Below, piece by piece: positions 54,071 to 64,000 of a DNA stretch of 64,000 nucleotides. A model generated the notes under the pieces. It searched no databases, was not told where the DNA came from, and saw only the letters and a list, made by a program, of their open reading frames with translations. The DNA lies in NCBI GenBank assembly GCA_000091205.1, contig AP006495.2, one strand, 5' to 3'. The DNA is from Cyanidioschyzon merolae. Its lineage: Eukaryota. The stretch's first letter is position 1; the number at the start of each line of letters is the position of its first letter. The position numbers were made by a program, and so were the translations under genes.

Positions 54071-55501
54071 ATGCGGTTCGGCGGAGGCAGAGCGTCGCGC
54101 AACAAGTCGCGGACGTGGTCCCGTTCCCGATGGCGGCGGCGGAAACGCTCGGTGTACGCGCAGTCGTACCGCGGCGGTGGCGAGGGCACGTCCGCTGCTG
54201 TGGGGCTCCTGGACGTCACGAACCGGGACCGTGGTCTCTATGTTTTACGCATGCCTCGCTTTCTCGGCGAGATTCTTGACAAGTGCGCTGAGAGGGAGTT
54301 GCAGGCTGCTGTCGAACTGGGAACGGGGGCAAAAACCGCGCTACCGCCTGGAACGGGGACGGTCATCGGGCGCCTACGTGTCAGCTCCGCCCTGAAACCT
54401 TTTGAAGACGGGGCAGTCAGTTCCCACGAGGCTGCCCGAGCACCGAATTCGGGCAACGTTGTTGCGCAGGTGATCCTCGATGAACCGGTTCTTCGGTCAC
54501 ATGTACCAGAGAGTTGGGAAGAGGCCGCATCAGATGCAGTTGAACGGAACCAAATTCCAACGAGATACGATCTTCGGATATACGAAGAGAATCCTAACAT
54601 GCAAGTCTTTTCAATAGACTCAAGCGATCCATACGCGCCTGCACGGCTTGAAGGGACGGTTCTAAGCATCGGTGGTCTGCAGCCTCGTCTGGATGACGCA
54701 TTGCGAGCAATGCACCGCCGTCGTGCAACGATGCATCAGACAACGGTACGCAAAGCGGGTAAGCGAATTCGATCCATCTCTGACGCTGACCTGCGCCAAG
54801 AAGAGCTGAAACGTCTTCGCCCTGATGCAGAATCGCAACCGGCACTCGTCTCCGGACTGATGGCGAGATCCGCAAGCAAAGCTAGTGGCGAAACACCGGT
54901 TTCCGGTCCGGCATTCATTGGCGTACGGAGAGCGGCGCAGGAAATAGAGTCTCAGTTCGCGCGTCAGATCGAGAACCGCCTGCAGACGCGATTACTCAGG
55001 CGGGACGCCAGCTCCCGGGCTATTGTTGACGCAAAAGATGAAAATGAATGGCGTGAGTCCGTCACGACGCGCGTTTTCCGTCTCTTCGAGGAGCAGTTCT
55101 GGTGGCGCCTTCAGGACCTGGCGGAGAACTTACAGATCCCGGCAGCGCGATTGAAGCCAGTCATCTCTGAGCTGTGTGATTATAACCAACGTGGACCATA
55201 TCGAGGAATGTACAGCTTGAAAGATCATCTGAAGACCGAGAATCAGCGAGCGATGATGGATACACTCTTCCAGCGTCGCGCGGCCGAACTGGAAGCCGCT
55301 CGTCGCGAACGGGACCAGGAGCGGGAGAACCGTCGCCGTGAACGCGAAGCTGTAGAGCGTGCGGCGAAACGTGCACAGCTCGTTGCAGAATCCGATTATG
55401 TGGATTCTCTTATCCAGCGAGACGGCGAAACGGACCTGGGAGAGCGCCAGGACGGTGACGATGGGGAGGCATCGGATGTCGACTACCTGGATGAATCGTG
55501 A
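54071..55501 (+). CDS. General transcription factor TFIIF beta subunit (RAP30/Tfg2-like). The N-terminal boundary is uncertain.
   Basis: 'LYVLRMPRFLGEILDKC' resembles the TFIIF-beta N-terminal 'WLVKVPKYL' block. The C-terminal 'VFRLFEEQFWWRLQDLAENLQIPAARLKPVISELCDYNQRGPYRGMYSLKDHL' matches the TFIIF-beta winged-helix 'LFKLFE..YW.LK.L...T.QP...LKE.L..IA......GPY...Y.LKPEY'. An acidic C-terminal tail follows. Confidence 0.7.
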   Translation: MRFGGGRASRNKSRTWSRSRWRRRKRSVYAQSYRGGGEGTSAAVGLLDVTNRDRGLYVLRMPRFLGEILDKCAERELQAAVELGTGAKTALPPGTGTVIGRLRVSSALKPFEDGAVSSHEAARAPNSGNVVAQVILDEPVLRSHVPESWEEAASDAVERNQIPTRYDLRIYEENPNMQVFSIDSSDPYAPARLEGTVLSIGGLQPRLDDALRAMHRRRATMHQTTVRKAGKRIRSISDADLRQEELKRLRPDAESQPALVSGLMARSASKASGETPVSGPAFIGVRRAAQEIESQFARQIENRLQTRLLRRDASSRAIVDAKDENEWRESVTTRVFRLFEEQFWWRLQDLAENLQIPAARLKPVISELCDYNQRGPYRGMYSLKDHLKTENQRAMMDTLFQRRAAELEAARRERDQERENRRREREAVERAAKRAQLVAESDYVDSLIQRDGETDLGERQDGDDGEASDVDYLDES

Positions 55502-57676
55502 TCGATGGATAATGGGGTTGAGTTGCTCTGCGATGCGCATACGATGTCAATTTCGAAACTGCACCCGTGTCCATAGTGCTACCGGCTTCGTTCGGAAGCT
55601 GATCTCGACAGAACATACTTCGATGCGAAAACGCTGATAGGCCGTTCGCAAGAGCTAGACGTGCTCTGCTGCAGGTGTTTCTTTGTCTCGAGGGCGGCTA
55701 CGGCGACGCGGCTGCCCCGCTTTTATGTGCCTCTTGAAATTGAATGTTGCAGGTCGCACTCGGATGAAAAAGTTCAGGCAGACTAGACCCACAAGATCGT
55801 CGTGGATGCACACTATTGGGGCAACTCCGTCTGCTTCATGGTGCGTTTTTCCGCCAAAGTTCCACAGATGCTTAGCGCACTGAACTGCTCTCGTGATCGA
55901 GTTGTATCAGGGCCCCAGCACAGTACTTGACTGAATCTGCAGCTTCCGCCCTGGATCGGAACGGGAGGGTCTTAGCGCATTCTATGCTGCACCCTTTCCA
56001 GAGCCTAGTTCGATGAAGAGAGAACACTCAACTGCTCCATCTGTTACTGCCTTGCGATTTTTCTCCGAACTTTTTCTTCGATGTAGATTCTCGGCATCTC
56101 AAGCAGAGCAACAAGCATGTATGGACTGGTGCGTATTCTTAGGATGCCCGGTCGTTTTTGTCCGTGTCTCCTGCGACGCGTAGCTGCTGGAATCTGTTAC
56201 ATCACCCGAATCAAGATGTGTCGCGACGCTCTTGTACATGAGTTCGCAAACTACCCGATATTATCATCCACTTCTTGCGTAGAAGCCTCCACTCTTCTCC
56301 TTTCATTTCATACAGCATGCATAAACCACGCATTCTCCAGTTTTTCGATTTTCTGTTTCAAGGAAGGTCCTGGACGCGGCAATCTGCACCGCTGGGTTGA
56401 CGACAGAAAAAAATTGAAGTCTTCCTTTGAAGACTTCCGCACAAGCTCAAGTCGAAAGTTCAGTGAATTTGTCCCGCCGAATAATCGATTCCGTTCGAAA
56501 GACAATTCCAGCTCTCTTTGTGGCCATGGACGAAAAGCGCGCGACTGCAGCATGAGGCGCCTCTCGGGATACGCCCCCGGACGCTCCCGTCTCTTCGCTT
56601 TCCATGGACAGGGGTCTTTGACGAGGAATCCCGGCATTGCAGCGATCGCTTCGAGTGGAGAGTGCGTCCTCGCGTCGTACGAAGTGAGCGAACAAGGATC
56701 GAAATTTCGTGGCTCTTTCTGCAGCCGGAATTCGCGTTCCGCTACTTTTTTCATCATGGGCAGTATTGTATGCCAAACGCCCTCTATCGAACGCGATGGC
56801 ATGCGTTTGCCTCTACAGAGGACAGGTTTCTCGTCTAGGGTATCGCATAACAGAAGCTAGTGGTAGTCGGAGATGGCGTCGGACGCGGGAATAAACCTTG
56901 GCACCGAGGCGAGCTTCCTGTTCCCGTCAAGAGCATGCACTGAGTGGTGAACCAGGCGTTCGGGCACGAAAAAAGTCCTTTCAGACGATACGTTATGGTG
57001 GACATGCGGGAACAGCAGACAATAACAAGGTGTCAACGTTGCGAATGGCGCACCGAGGCTGTGGACAAAGGCCATGAGCAACGCAAGCGAAGCATAGATT
57101 GCGGCTTCCAGCTTTGCATGAAGTGCATCGACAACAACCGGAAGCTCCAAAATCGAGTCTTGAGGCTGCTGTCAACATCGGTCGACTGGTGACATCGAAT
57201 CTGGATGGCAACAGGAGACACGCGTTTTTCTAAAGCCGGACATGAGCGACAGCAATCGAAGCAGTCTCGGAAATATCTCGCAAACGCTGCTGTTACTGAC
57301 GATGAAAAGGGACCCAAACTTTAGTTTGTACGTCCATGCTAGGTGGCAGGACCAGTTTCATTTTGACCTGGCACGGGTGAAGCAGATAGAGTGCATTTCC
57401 GGGTAACGCAGTTCGATCAGTGCGAGCATGCCCACCCTGGCCGAAAAGAACTCGCGATGAGGTATCCAGTTTGAAACTACGGACCTCTGTTGGGATACGC
57501 TTGCCTTGCATGCGTTAGACAATCTTCGATGGTTTCTTGGCGAACTTCCATGCAGTTGATTCGTCTGGACCCTGGCATCGGGTCTGAGGCAGTTTCAACC
57601 AGTCGCGATGGCGCAGACAAACTTGGCGGGTAGTTTTTAATTTTGCTTCAACTTCGCGTGCGGTGTTGGCACTTGT

Positions 57677-59974
57677 GTGAGCAGCGGTACCATGCACGCC
57701 TCCCATAAAGTGAACCACTTCTTAAAATATCTGGTTCTGACATTTGCTTTCGTTGTGTTGTGTTCCCTTCAGCCGAAAAGGCCTTGTGGTGGCAGCGATG
57801 TTGTTCGATTGCGTGCCTATCAACGAAACTATGGAAAGCTTCAGCCGCTTCACCTCACTGTGCGTCCTGGACACGTTCTCACCTCTTGTCGACACTTCTG
57901 TACAGATGAAGGCGTTTGTCGACCAATCAAGTTCGAGCAAAGGCGCTTGCGATTTCTGGAAAAGTTCTGTGGCGAACAGCGTGTTGCGCTGAGCGGCCCG
58001 GCTCTGCTGTTTCTCAAGCCTTCGCGCTTTACGCTGCAGTGTTCGAAAACCGCGAACTCTTTTGAGGTGCTATCCCAGGGTCCTATGTGGCTCGATGTGC
58101 ACCGCGTAAGGATGATGAGTGGAACGGATAGTCCCACAGCGGTAAGCCAGCACACGCGAGCATCTCCTGCTAACACGGGACCTTTCGATACCAATCGATT
58201 TCGTCGGGAAAACGCGAGCTCAGAACTCCTAGTTCATTATGTCTCAGATCCGCTAAGTGTGGGAGAGTCGCGATATTTCGTATCTCACATCGAGTTTCGG
58301 ATTTCGCAGCTACCAGAGGTGCACGACGCTATGCGGAACGCATCCGCTGGAAACCGTAACTCGGCTCAGGCGGTCTCTGTTAGATTCGTGCCAACGGATC
58401 CGAACAAGGATCCGCGCCCTTACCTAGTCGACCCTGTCATGAGTCGGCAAGTGGTGCACGCGTGGTCCTGCGGCAATGAGGCAGCGAGCCGCAAGTTGCA
58501 AGCCTGCGCGCATTACATACCACAACGGCGCTCCGTGGGCGAACTCGCTTCTCTCTGGATGCTCATCCTCGGTGTCATCATCTTAGCTGGCCAGAATCAT
58601 TATCGGGGCGCCCGGCGGGAGTCCCCGAGATCACTCAAGAGCACTCCACAGGGTCATAACTGGTCCCGCATCTCGCGGCAGAGGGCGTCATCGCTTGATG
58701 ATGGCGTCCATCACATCCCTGTCGACTGCGAGCACGGGGTTCATCGGGGTCTTGATCGACCGGGGTCGACCGTTGCGCGTGCTTCGCACGTTTCCGACAC
58801 CTCAAAACCTCTGGAATCTGCAAGTGCTTTCGGGGTATCCACTGCGAATACCATCGAGGCTCCTCGCGATTCTGATATGCATGCGACATGTGCCCGAATC
58901 CCCACTCCAGCATGGGCGTCGCGCACTTTCCTCATTTTGTTTCTCATCCTGCAGAATTCTGCAATGGCGTTTTTCTACTTTATTGGTATTTTTTGTCCTC
59001 CCTCCTCTTGTGTGAAGCTTGTCGCGATCGATGTAGCCACGGCACTGGCATGCAGCGTTGGTGCCGCTTGCTGCACAGAGCTCTGGAGTCTCGTCTGCTG
59101 GATCGACTGCGAAAGCGGCAACGAGCGGGCCAGTATCGGCGAGGCCCAGGATGTACCTCTCGAAAAAACGCCTCCGGATGTGTCTGCACATGCCGCGAAT
59201 GTTGAACCTATTGCTGCGAGCGTTTCCAACGGGAAGCGCGCGCCCCTCACGGACAATTATTCACCTGGGGCGGGTTCGGCTGAGCCTTGGAACGAGTCCG
59301 CTAGCAAAGGCAGCATCTTCCGTACGCAGTGCGGTGCGCTGCCGCGTCTTGCAGCGAGACACTCGGAACGACTGCGACTTCTGGAGCGACTCAATTTCAA
59401 TCCGCTCATGCTGTGGTTTTTTCGAATTTTTCAGTGGAAACGCTCCACTTTTTGGTTGATACGGGATACAAATATCATACCATGCTGGTTTACGGGCCCA
59501 GTTATATACTATTTGGGCTTGCGCCTGTTGATCACGCTGTTGCTTTGGAGTGGAGAGCCTTCGCGCCCGGAGGCACTGTTCGTTAACCTCCAAGCCATGA
59601 TTCCAGTTTTCTTGGGGTCAAGTTTAGGTGCAAAAGTCGCCCGTTCGATTCGCTCCAGACAAGTTCCTAGGTGGTTCTCAAAGGTGCAACAAACGGAAAT
59701 CTTCCAAGTTTCACCCGCGCGCATACTGCAGGTATGGTTTCTCGTTGATGTGCTTCTCAACGGCTGGTTTTATCCCGGTGCGGGTAGACCGTTACCGTTT
59801 ACACTGATTTTTCGTTTGCCGCGGGCCTGTGCCGGTGATTTTTTGGACAATTTAACAGAGTATTCGAACAGTGATGAAAAGTTATACCTGGCTGCCTATC
59901 AGCTTTTGCCTTGGTACGGTTGGAATGCTATATGCAAACTTTTTGCGGCCTTGGTTCTTTTCGTGGAGGCTTGA
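57677..59974 (+). CDS. Hypothetical multi-pass membrane protein
   Basis: 765-aa ORF with several hydrophobic segments ('LVLTFAFVVLCSL', 'LWMLILGVIILAG', 'FLILFLILQNSAMAFFYFIGIF', 'LAAYQLLPWYGWNAICKLFAALVLFV'). No family recognised. Confidence 0.4.
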   Translation: MSSGTMHASHKVNHFLKYLVLTFAFVVLCSLQPKRPCGGSDVVRLRAYQRNYGKLQPLHLTVRPGHVLTSCRHFCTDEGVCRPIKFEQRRLRFLEKFCGEQRVALSGPALLFLKPSRFTLQCSKTANSFEVLSQGPMWLDVHRVRMMSGTDSPTAVSQHTRASPANTGPFDTNRFRRENASSELLVHYVSDPLSVGESRYFVSHIEFRISQLPEVHDAMRNASAGNRNSAQAVSVRFVPTDPNKDPRPYLVDPVMSRQVVHAWSCGNEAASRKLQACAHYIPQRRSVGELASLWMLILGVIILAGQNHYRGARRESPRSLKSTPQGHNWSRISRQRASSLDDGVHHIPVDCEHGVHRGLDRPGSTVARASHVSDTSKPLESASAFGVSTANTIEAPRDSDMHATCARIPTPAWASRTFLILFLILQNSAMAFFYFIGIFCPPSSCVKLVAIDVATALACSVGAACCTELWSLVCWIDCESGNERASIGEAQDVPLEKTPPDVSAHAANVEPIAASVSNGKRAPLTDNYSPGAGSAEPWNESASKGSIFRTQCGALPRLAARHSERLRLLERLNFNPLMLWFFRIFQWKRSTFWLIRDTNIIPCWFTGPVIYYLGLRLLITLLLWSGEPSRPEALFVNLQAMIPVFLGSSLGAKVARSIRSRQVPRWFSKVQQTEIFQVSPARILQVWFLVDVLLNGWFYPGAGRPLPFTLIFRLPRACAGDFLDNLTEYSNSDEKLYLAAYQLLPWYGWNAICKLFAALVLFVEA

Positions 59975-60504
59975 GTTTCCCCTTCACTGACTTGCCGGAT
60001 TGCATTATCATCATTGAAGGCAAGGCCTCCGCGGAGCAATATTTGAAACGCCATCTGCAGCATCCTCAAGGATGCTACTGCTAGTGATTCCGTCATGGGG
60101 GGCGCTGCCAGCTTTCCGGTAGCTGTGATGCCTGCAACTTTGCTGGTACTCTGTTCCCTTGATGCATGATTGGAGCGAATCTTCGGTTTGTGTACGTTAG
60201 CGAGCATGATGAGATGCCACGTGCACTGCGCCTGCGTCGGTTTCATGTTATGTGGAGGCTTTGAGGATCAGAATGGATGTGACGGCCATGAAAGCAAATG
60301 TGGCATCCTAGAATTGCGATGGAACGCAAAAGAAACGATGCCTAGTGCTGACCTCCCAAAGAGGAAACGGCAGAGGATGCTGGCAGCTCCTTTGCGATGG
60401 TGCCAGACCTTGATGGACATTTGATCCACGGGTTATCCCTACCTAGTGATAAACGACTTGTCCGTGCCAGTGGAACGAAGACTCCAGCGTGCTTGTATAC
60501 GTTT

Positions 60505-61140
60505 CATAATCTTTCACCTACATTGTGTTCCGGCCCTAGGTGGGTGTAATCAAATGCTTTTTCGAGGTTTATAGCAGATTCGCTCGAAAGGCGTTCTTTT
60601 TCAGAAATCGAAAATCTACAAAATGGTTTGGACGTGGAAATTGGGGGTCCCGGAGTTCCGTTGTCCCCGAGTTCAACAAAAAAAGGAAAAAATCCTCTTC
60701 TCGCCAACCTCGCAGCGAAGAAGAGCATGTTACGAAGATGAAGATTGTGACGAGACTGTAGTGGGACAGAGGGTACGAGTTCGAGGAATTCTCCCACTAC
60801 TGTGTTCAACTGGCGGGAAGAAACGCAACGAGTTTGTGAACCGGGACTTCAATGCCGCCATGAATATCAGACGATGCACGGCGAAGCCGAGACCCGACCA
60901 GCCCACGCGAGCCAACTCTGTTGGGCAGCCTCTCAGGCTCGACGCGCAAAAGTAGAAGCTGAGGGCGATTGCAGGGGGCCCGCCAAGAACGGCTGGGAGG
61001 CGTTTGTGACTGGATATCCATTTACCCTACAGCTGCGAAACTTTTTCGCTCCGTTGAGCTTGCAGACCCTGCGCATCCCAACTGGACTCGAACCTAATAT
61101 CGATGTATCCAGAAAGATTAGGGGCGCATTAAAAGTACAG
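60505..61140 (+). mobile_element. TnpB/Fanzor-like element, 5'-truncated copy E (3' module), the best-preserved mini-ORF
   Basis: The mini-ORF 60623..60955 reads '...DCDETVVGQRVRVRGILPLLCSTGGKKRNEFVNRDFNAAMNIRRCTAKPRPDQPTRANSVGQPLRLDAQK'. The 5' block 'cattgtgttccggccctaggtgggtgtaatcaaatgctttttcgaggtttatagcagattcg' and the 3' tail 'gcagcctctcaggctcg...gaagctgagggcgattgcagggggcccgccaagaacggctgggaggcgtttgtgactggatatccatttaccctacagctgcgaaactttttcgctccgttgagcttgcagaccctgcg' are both shared with the other copies. Confidence 0.65.
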
Positions 61141-61257
61141 AAGAAACGCTCGTCCATGCAGAAACGTCGCGGAGGATCGCCCTAGTCGCATTCTGCAACG
61201 TGGCCGAGTAATCTGGTCGGAGATATTGCCCTGTTGTCTCTGGATTTGCAGCAATCT

Positions 61258-62709
61258 TCATTTTGCTGCTGCTGGTGCTGCTGTTATCGAAGTCGGATTA
61301 GCCTTCGACTCGGAATCGCCGGTCGCCTCATGCAGTTTGTCGAGCATGCCGCGCATGCCGACCTCAACATCACTCAAAGCTCGCTTCAAAAAGCTCTCCA
61401 CTTGTGCCTTGTACTCTTCGGGATGCACTTTGAAATGTGTGGCATGTTGGCTCTGTTCCCAAACTTTTTGGTAGACCTCCAGCCCCCGACGTCTCTGAGC
61501 ATCGATGTACTCACGCACGCTCTTGTCAAGGTCTTTCACAATGCTGTCATCGAGGCTGTAGAGGTAGAGTTGCGGAACGGATGGGAGTTGCACGTTTTGC
61601 AGGGCGTGTTCCGCTGCCCGGAAACCCTCAGCAACATTCAGAAATCGAAACAGAGCTTCCGCAACAGCATTCCAGACACGGTACCCCACTTTTGGACAGG
61701 CTGCATAGAGACCTTGGGCTAGAGAACTCGCCTGCATGTGTCCTGGTCCCGAATCGAATATCACTCCTCGGATCTGCCGCTGGAGTTTTCGACCCATATC
61801 CTCTGTGACGTACTGGCCCCGCTGAATGATGTCTAGCATATAGCCGTAGATTCCTGTGCCAATAGAAAACGAATGGACCACTATCGGTCTATTTTCAGGG
61901 ATTTCGTCCATTAAATGTAGCACACGCAGTGCTTGTCGTCGCGAGAAGGCCGGAATCAACGCCGTCTGGAGACCATTAAACAACGTGATCACATCGTAGC
62001 CACGGTCTCTGTACCACTCTGCGTATTTCACCATATGTCGCTGCTGTGCACCGAGCCACGACAACAAAATAACAACGGGTCGTTGCGAGTCGCCAACAAA
62101 GGCTGCTGCATCTACGACGGAGCCCGCAACGTGCCTCCTCGTATGCGGATTTTCATTGAATTGCGTCGCCAGTAGTACCGTCCCGAACAGAGAAGCACGG
62201 AGACATTCCGGGTTTGTGTCACCTAGTCTTCGCCAGATACAGAAGAGCAAGGCCCCCAGTTGCGTCAGAAGCGAGAGTGGTCCATTCTCGTCGTTCCCGT
62301 CTGGTCTTTCGTTACGACCTCGGCCGCCGTCGCTACCACCGCCGCCGCCGCTGTGGCCACTGTTGCCGCCGTATCCTCCACCACATAAACTTGCTAACGG
62401 GCTCTCAGTCCCAGATGCGGATCCTTGCGTCCACACTTTCGGGTTAAACGGCAAAGAAGCACGTTTTCGCTCTAGCACAGTGCAGAGGGCGTGACTCCGA
62501 GGTTCTTCAGCAGAACGTTGTACGACGTGACAGCGCGGAAGCGTTGCAAAGCTCGTTCCTGACCTCGCTCGCCGAACACTGGTGCAGTTCCTCCTCCTAA
62601 TCAAAAACTTCTCTGAAGATACAGCCCCCGAAGGAGTGAATGCGACTCGCAAACACGCCATTCGCACAAAGACCTCGGCTTTCACGGAACAGAGCACTGT
62701 CGCTGTCAA
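61258..62709 (-). CDS. TMEM53/DUF829 family protein (alpha/beta-hydrolase-like) with a Gly-rich N-terminal region
   Basis: 'PVVILLSWLGAQQRHMVKYAEWYRDRGYDVITL', 'IVVHSFSIGTGIYGYM', 'VIFDSGPG' and 'PQLYLYSLDDSIV' parallel TMEM53 '[33 protein letters not shown]', 'FHVFSNGG', 'IFDSAPG' and 'ELYLYSRADEVV'. Confidence 0.75.
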   Translation of the reverse strand: MTATVLCSVKAEVFVRMACLRVAFTPSGAVSSEKFLIRRRNCTSVRRARSGTSFATLPRCHVVQRSAEEPRSHALCTVLERKRASLPFNPKVWTQGSASGTESPLASLCGGGYGGNSGHSGGGGGSDGGRGRNERPDGNDENGPLSLLTQLGALLFCIWRRLGDTNPECLRASLFGTVLLATQFNENPHTRRHVAGSVVDAAAFVGDSQRPVVILLSWLGAQQRHMVKYAEWYRDRGYDVITLFNGLQTALIPAFSRRQALRVLHLMDEIPENRPIVVHSFSIGTGIYGYMLDIIQRGQYVTEDMGRKLQRQIRGVIFDSGPGHMQASSLAQGLYAACPKVGYRVWNAVAEALFRFLNVAEGFRAAEHALQNVQLPSVPQLYLYSLDDSIVKDLDKSVREYIDAQRRRGLEVYQKVWEQSQHATHFKVHPEEYKAQVESFLKRALSDVEVGMRGMLDKLHEATGDSESKANPTSITAAPAAAK

Positions 62710-63839
62710 CCAGACGAACTAGTTACGTTAACCGCAAAAACCAATGTCTCTGAGTAATAACCCTCGATACTTCTAAGGAAACTTCTAAGAATCCCTAATT
62801 AACAGTGTGACAAAGCGCTCCTGGTGCGCGAGTTACGTCTCTGCGTCACTATTCCCACGAGTTTTTCCGTATGAGTTCAAGCACTTACTCACAAATGCGT
62901 ATTGGAACGCGCGCACGGCGGTGAATGGTGCCGCGCACCTCCGGTCGCGTGCGTGCCTCGCCAGCCAGTCCGCAGGGATATAAAGTTTCTATACATACAT
63001 GTTTATACAAGATCTCGCACCCTCGAGAGACGCCGATCACTCTTGGAAGTTATGGGTATGTATGATCATGATTAATGTCGAGCATACGCTCTGCGAGCCT
63101 GCTGCCTCTGTCGGCTCGACGCTGGCGGGTGCATCGCAGATGCTAGGGCCGCGAGTCTGGAATACACGCTCCTGCCGCGTGTCGCACTGAAATGGAACGC
63201 TGGACTGCTCGCTCCGTTCCTGCAAATAGGTTTCTTCCGAGTTGTTTCTCGTTGTTCAGGCTCGATATTCTTAGTGCAATATTGAGGGTTTATTACTTTC
63301 ATAGATGATTTTAGAAATACCAGTAGGCTTTCGATTTGGCTCCAGTGGCGCTTTCCCGCTGGAATCCGCTACATCTCTGTGATGTAAATGATTCGCGACG
63401 CTCCCGAACCAGTGCTCAAAAAATAACGGATATCGTTGTTTTATGCATAAATACATGCTCCGACTCTTCTCCTTTACTTACATATACGATGACTCAATCA
63501 CGTATTCTTCAATTTCACGATCTTTCCGTTCGAGGCATGTGATGGGCGCAGCGATCCGCGGTGCAGGATCGACAAAGAGAAAACTCGATGTCGAGCTTCA
63601 GGACTAGTTCATGGGCTCGTGTCCAAAGTTCACTGAACGTCTGACGTCAGAGAATCGATTTTCTCGAAAAAATTATCCTCCGCTCTTTGCGGTCATCGAC
63701 GAACCTGCCTTCGACAACAGTATGATTCATCCGAGGGGATATGCTCCAAAAGGCTCCCGTCCCCTCAGTTCCATCGGGAAAGAGTCTTGGACTTGGACTT
63801 GAGTCACCAATCGCAAAATCGTTGCAGAGCTAATTGCCC

Positions 63840-64000
63840 TGTAATGCTTCGTGGAACGAAAAATGTCCAACGACCATGGAGGGTACATGTATCTACCCTC
63901 TCGCAGACGCTTCCCAGCTTGTATTCGACCTGCCCCCAACTATCGGCTTCAGCTTCCCTTTGTCCGCTTGGAGCCTGAGAGGCCATCCCCCGAAGTTGGC
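63840..64000 (-). mobile_element. TnpB/Fanzor-like element, copy F. Only the 3' tail is inside the window, and the body lies beyond 64000.
   Basis: Reverse complement of 63840-64000: 'gccaacttcgggggatggcctctcaggctccaagcggacaaagggaagctgaagccgatagttgggggcaggtcgaatacaagctgggaagcgtctgcgagagggtagatacatgtaccctccatggtcgttggacatttttcgttccacgaagcat'. This encodes '...ANFGGWPLRL...' and aligns with the copy E tail block by block. Confidence 0.6.

Overview
This is a GC-rich (~57-60%), compact, apparently intron-poor eukaryotic nuclear segment with genes on both strands. Confident protein calls, in order: an FG-repeat Nup54-type nucleoporin, two mitochondrial-carrier-family genes, a PI4-kinase type II-like protein, a HEAT-repeat protein, a Cof-type HAD phosphatase, 3-isopropylmalate dehydrogenase and 6-phosphogluconate dehydrogenase (both with N-terminal presequence-like extensions), a SWI3/SMARCC-like SWIRM-ZZ-SANT protein, a large RING-H2 protein, intronless actin, a KNL1/Spc7-like kinetochore scaffold candidate, TFIIF beta, a multi-pass membrane protein and a TMEM53/DUF829 protein. 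The lineage is not established; the organelle-type extensions on two housekeeping enzymes, the high GC and the intron-poor actin are compatible with an alga or protist. The most notable feature is a dispersed family of six elements (one cut by the window end) that share a conserved ~600-650 bp 3' module. Each module carries a short ORF ending in an (N/T)R(D/H)FNxAxxIRR motif, which resembles the RuvC-III motif of TnpB/Fanzor (OMEGA-type) nucleases. Behind the ORF lies a ~300-nt tail conserved at the nucleotide level regardless of reading frame or stop position. One copy is a ~2.4 kb low-GC island with longer TnpB-like ORF pieces, lying directly against the SWI3-like start codon. The arrangement resembles the 3' guide-RNA scaffold of OMEGA/Fanzor elements. 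Other features are a ~418-bp near-identical direct repeat pair bracketing 8.4 kb, two minisatellites (90-bp and 78-bp units), a second ~210-bp dispersed repeat family, and several microsatellites.
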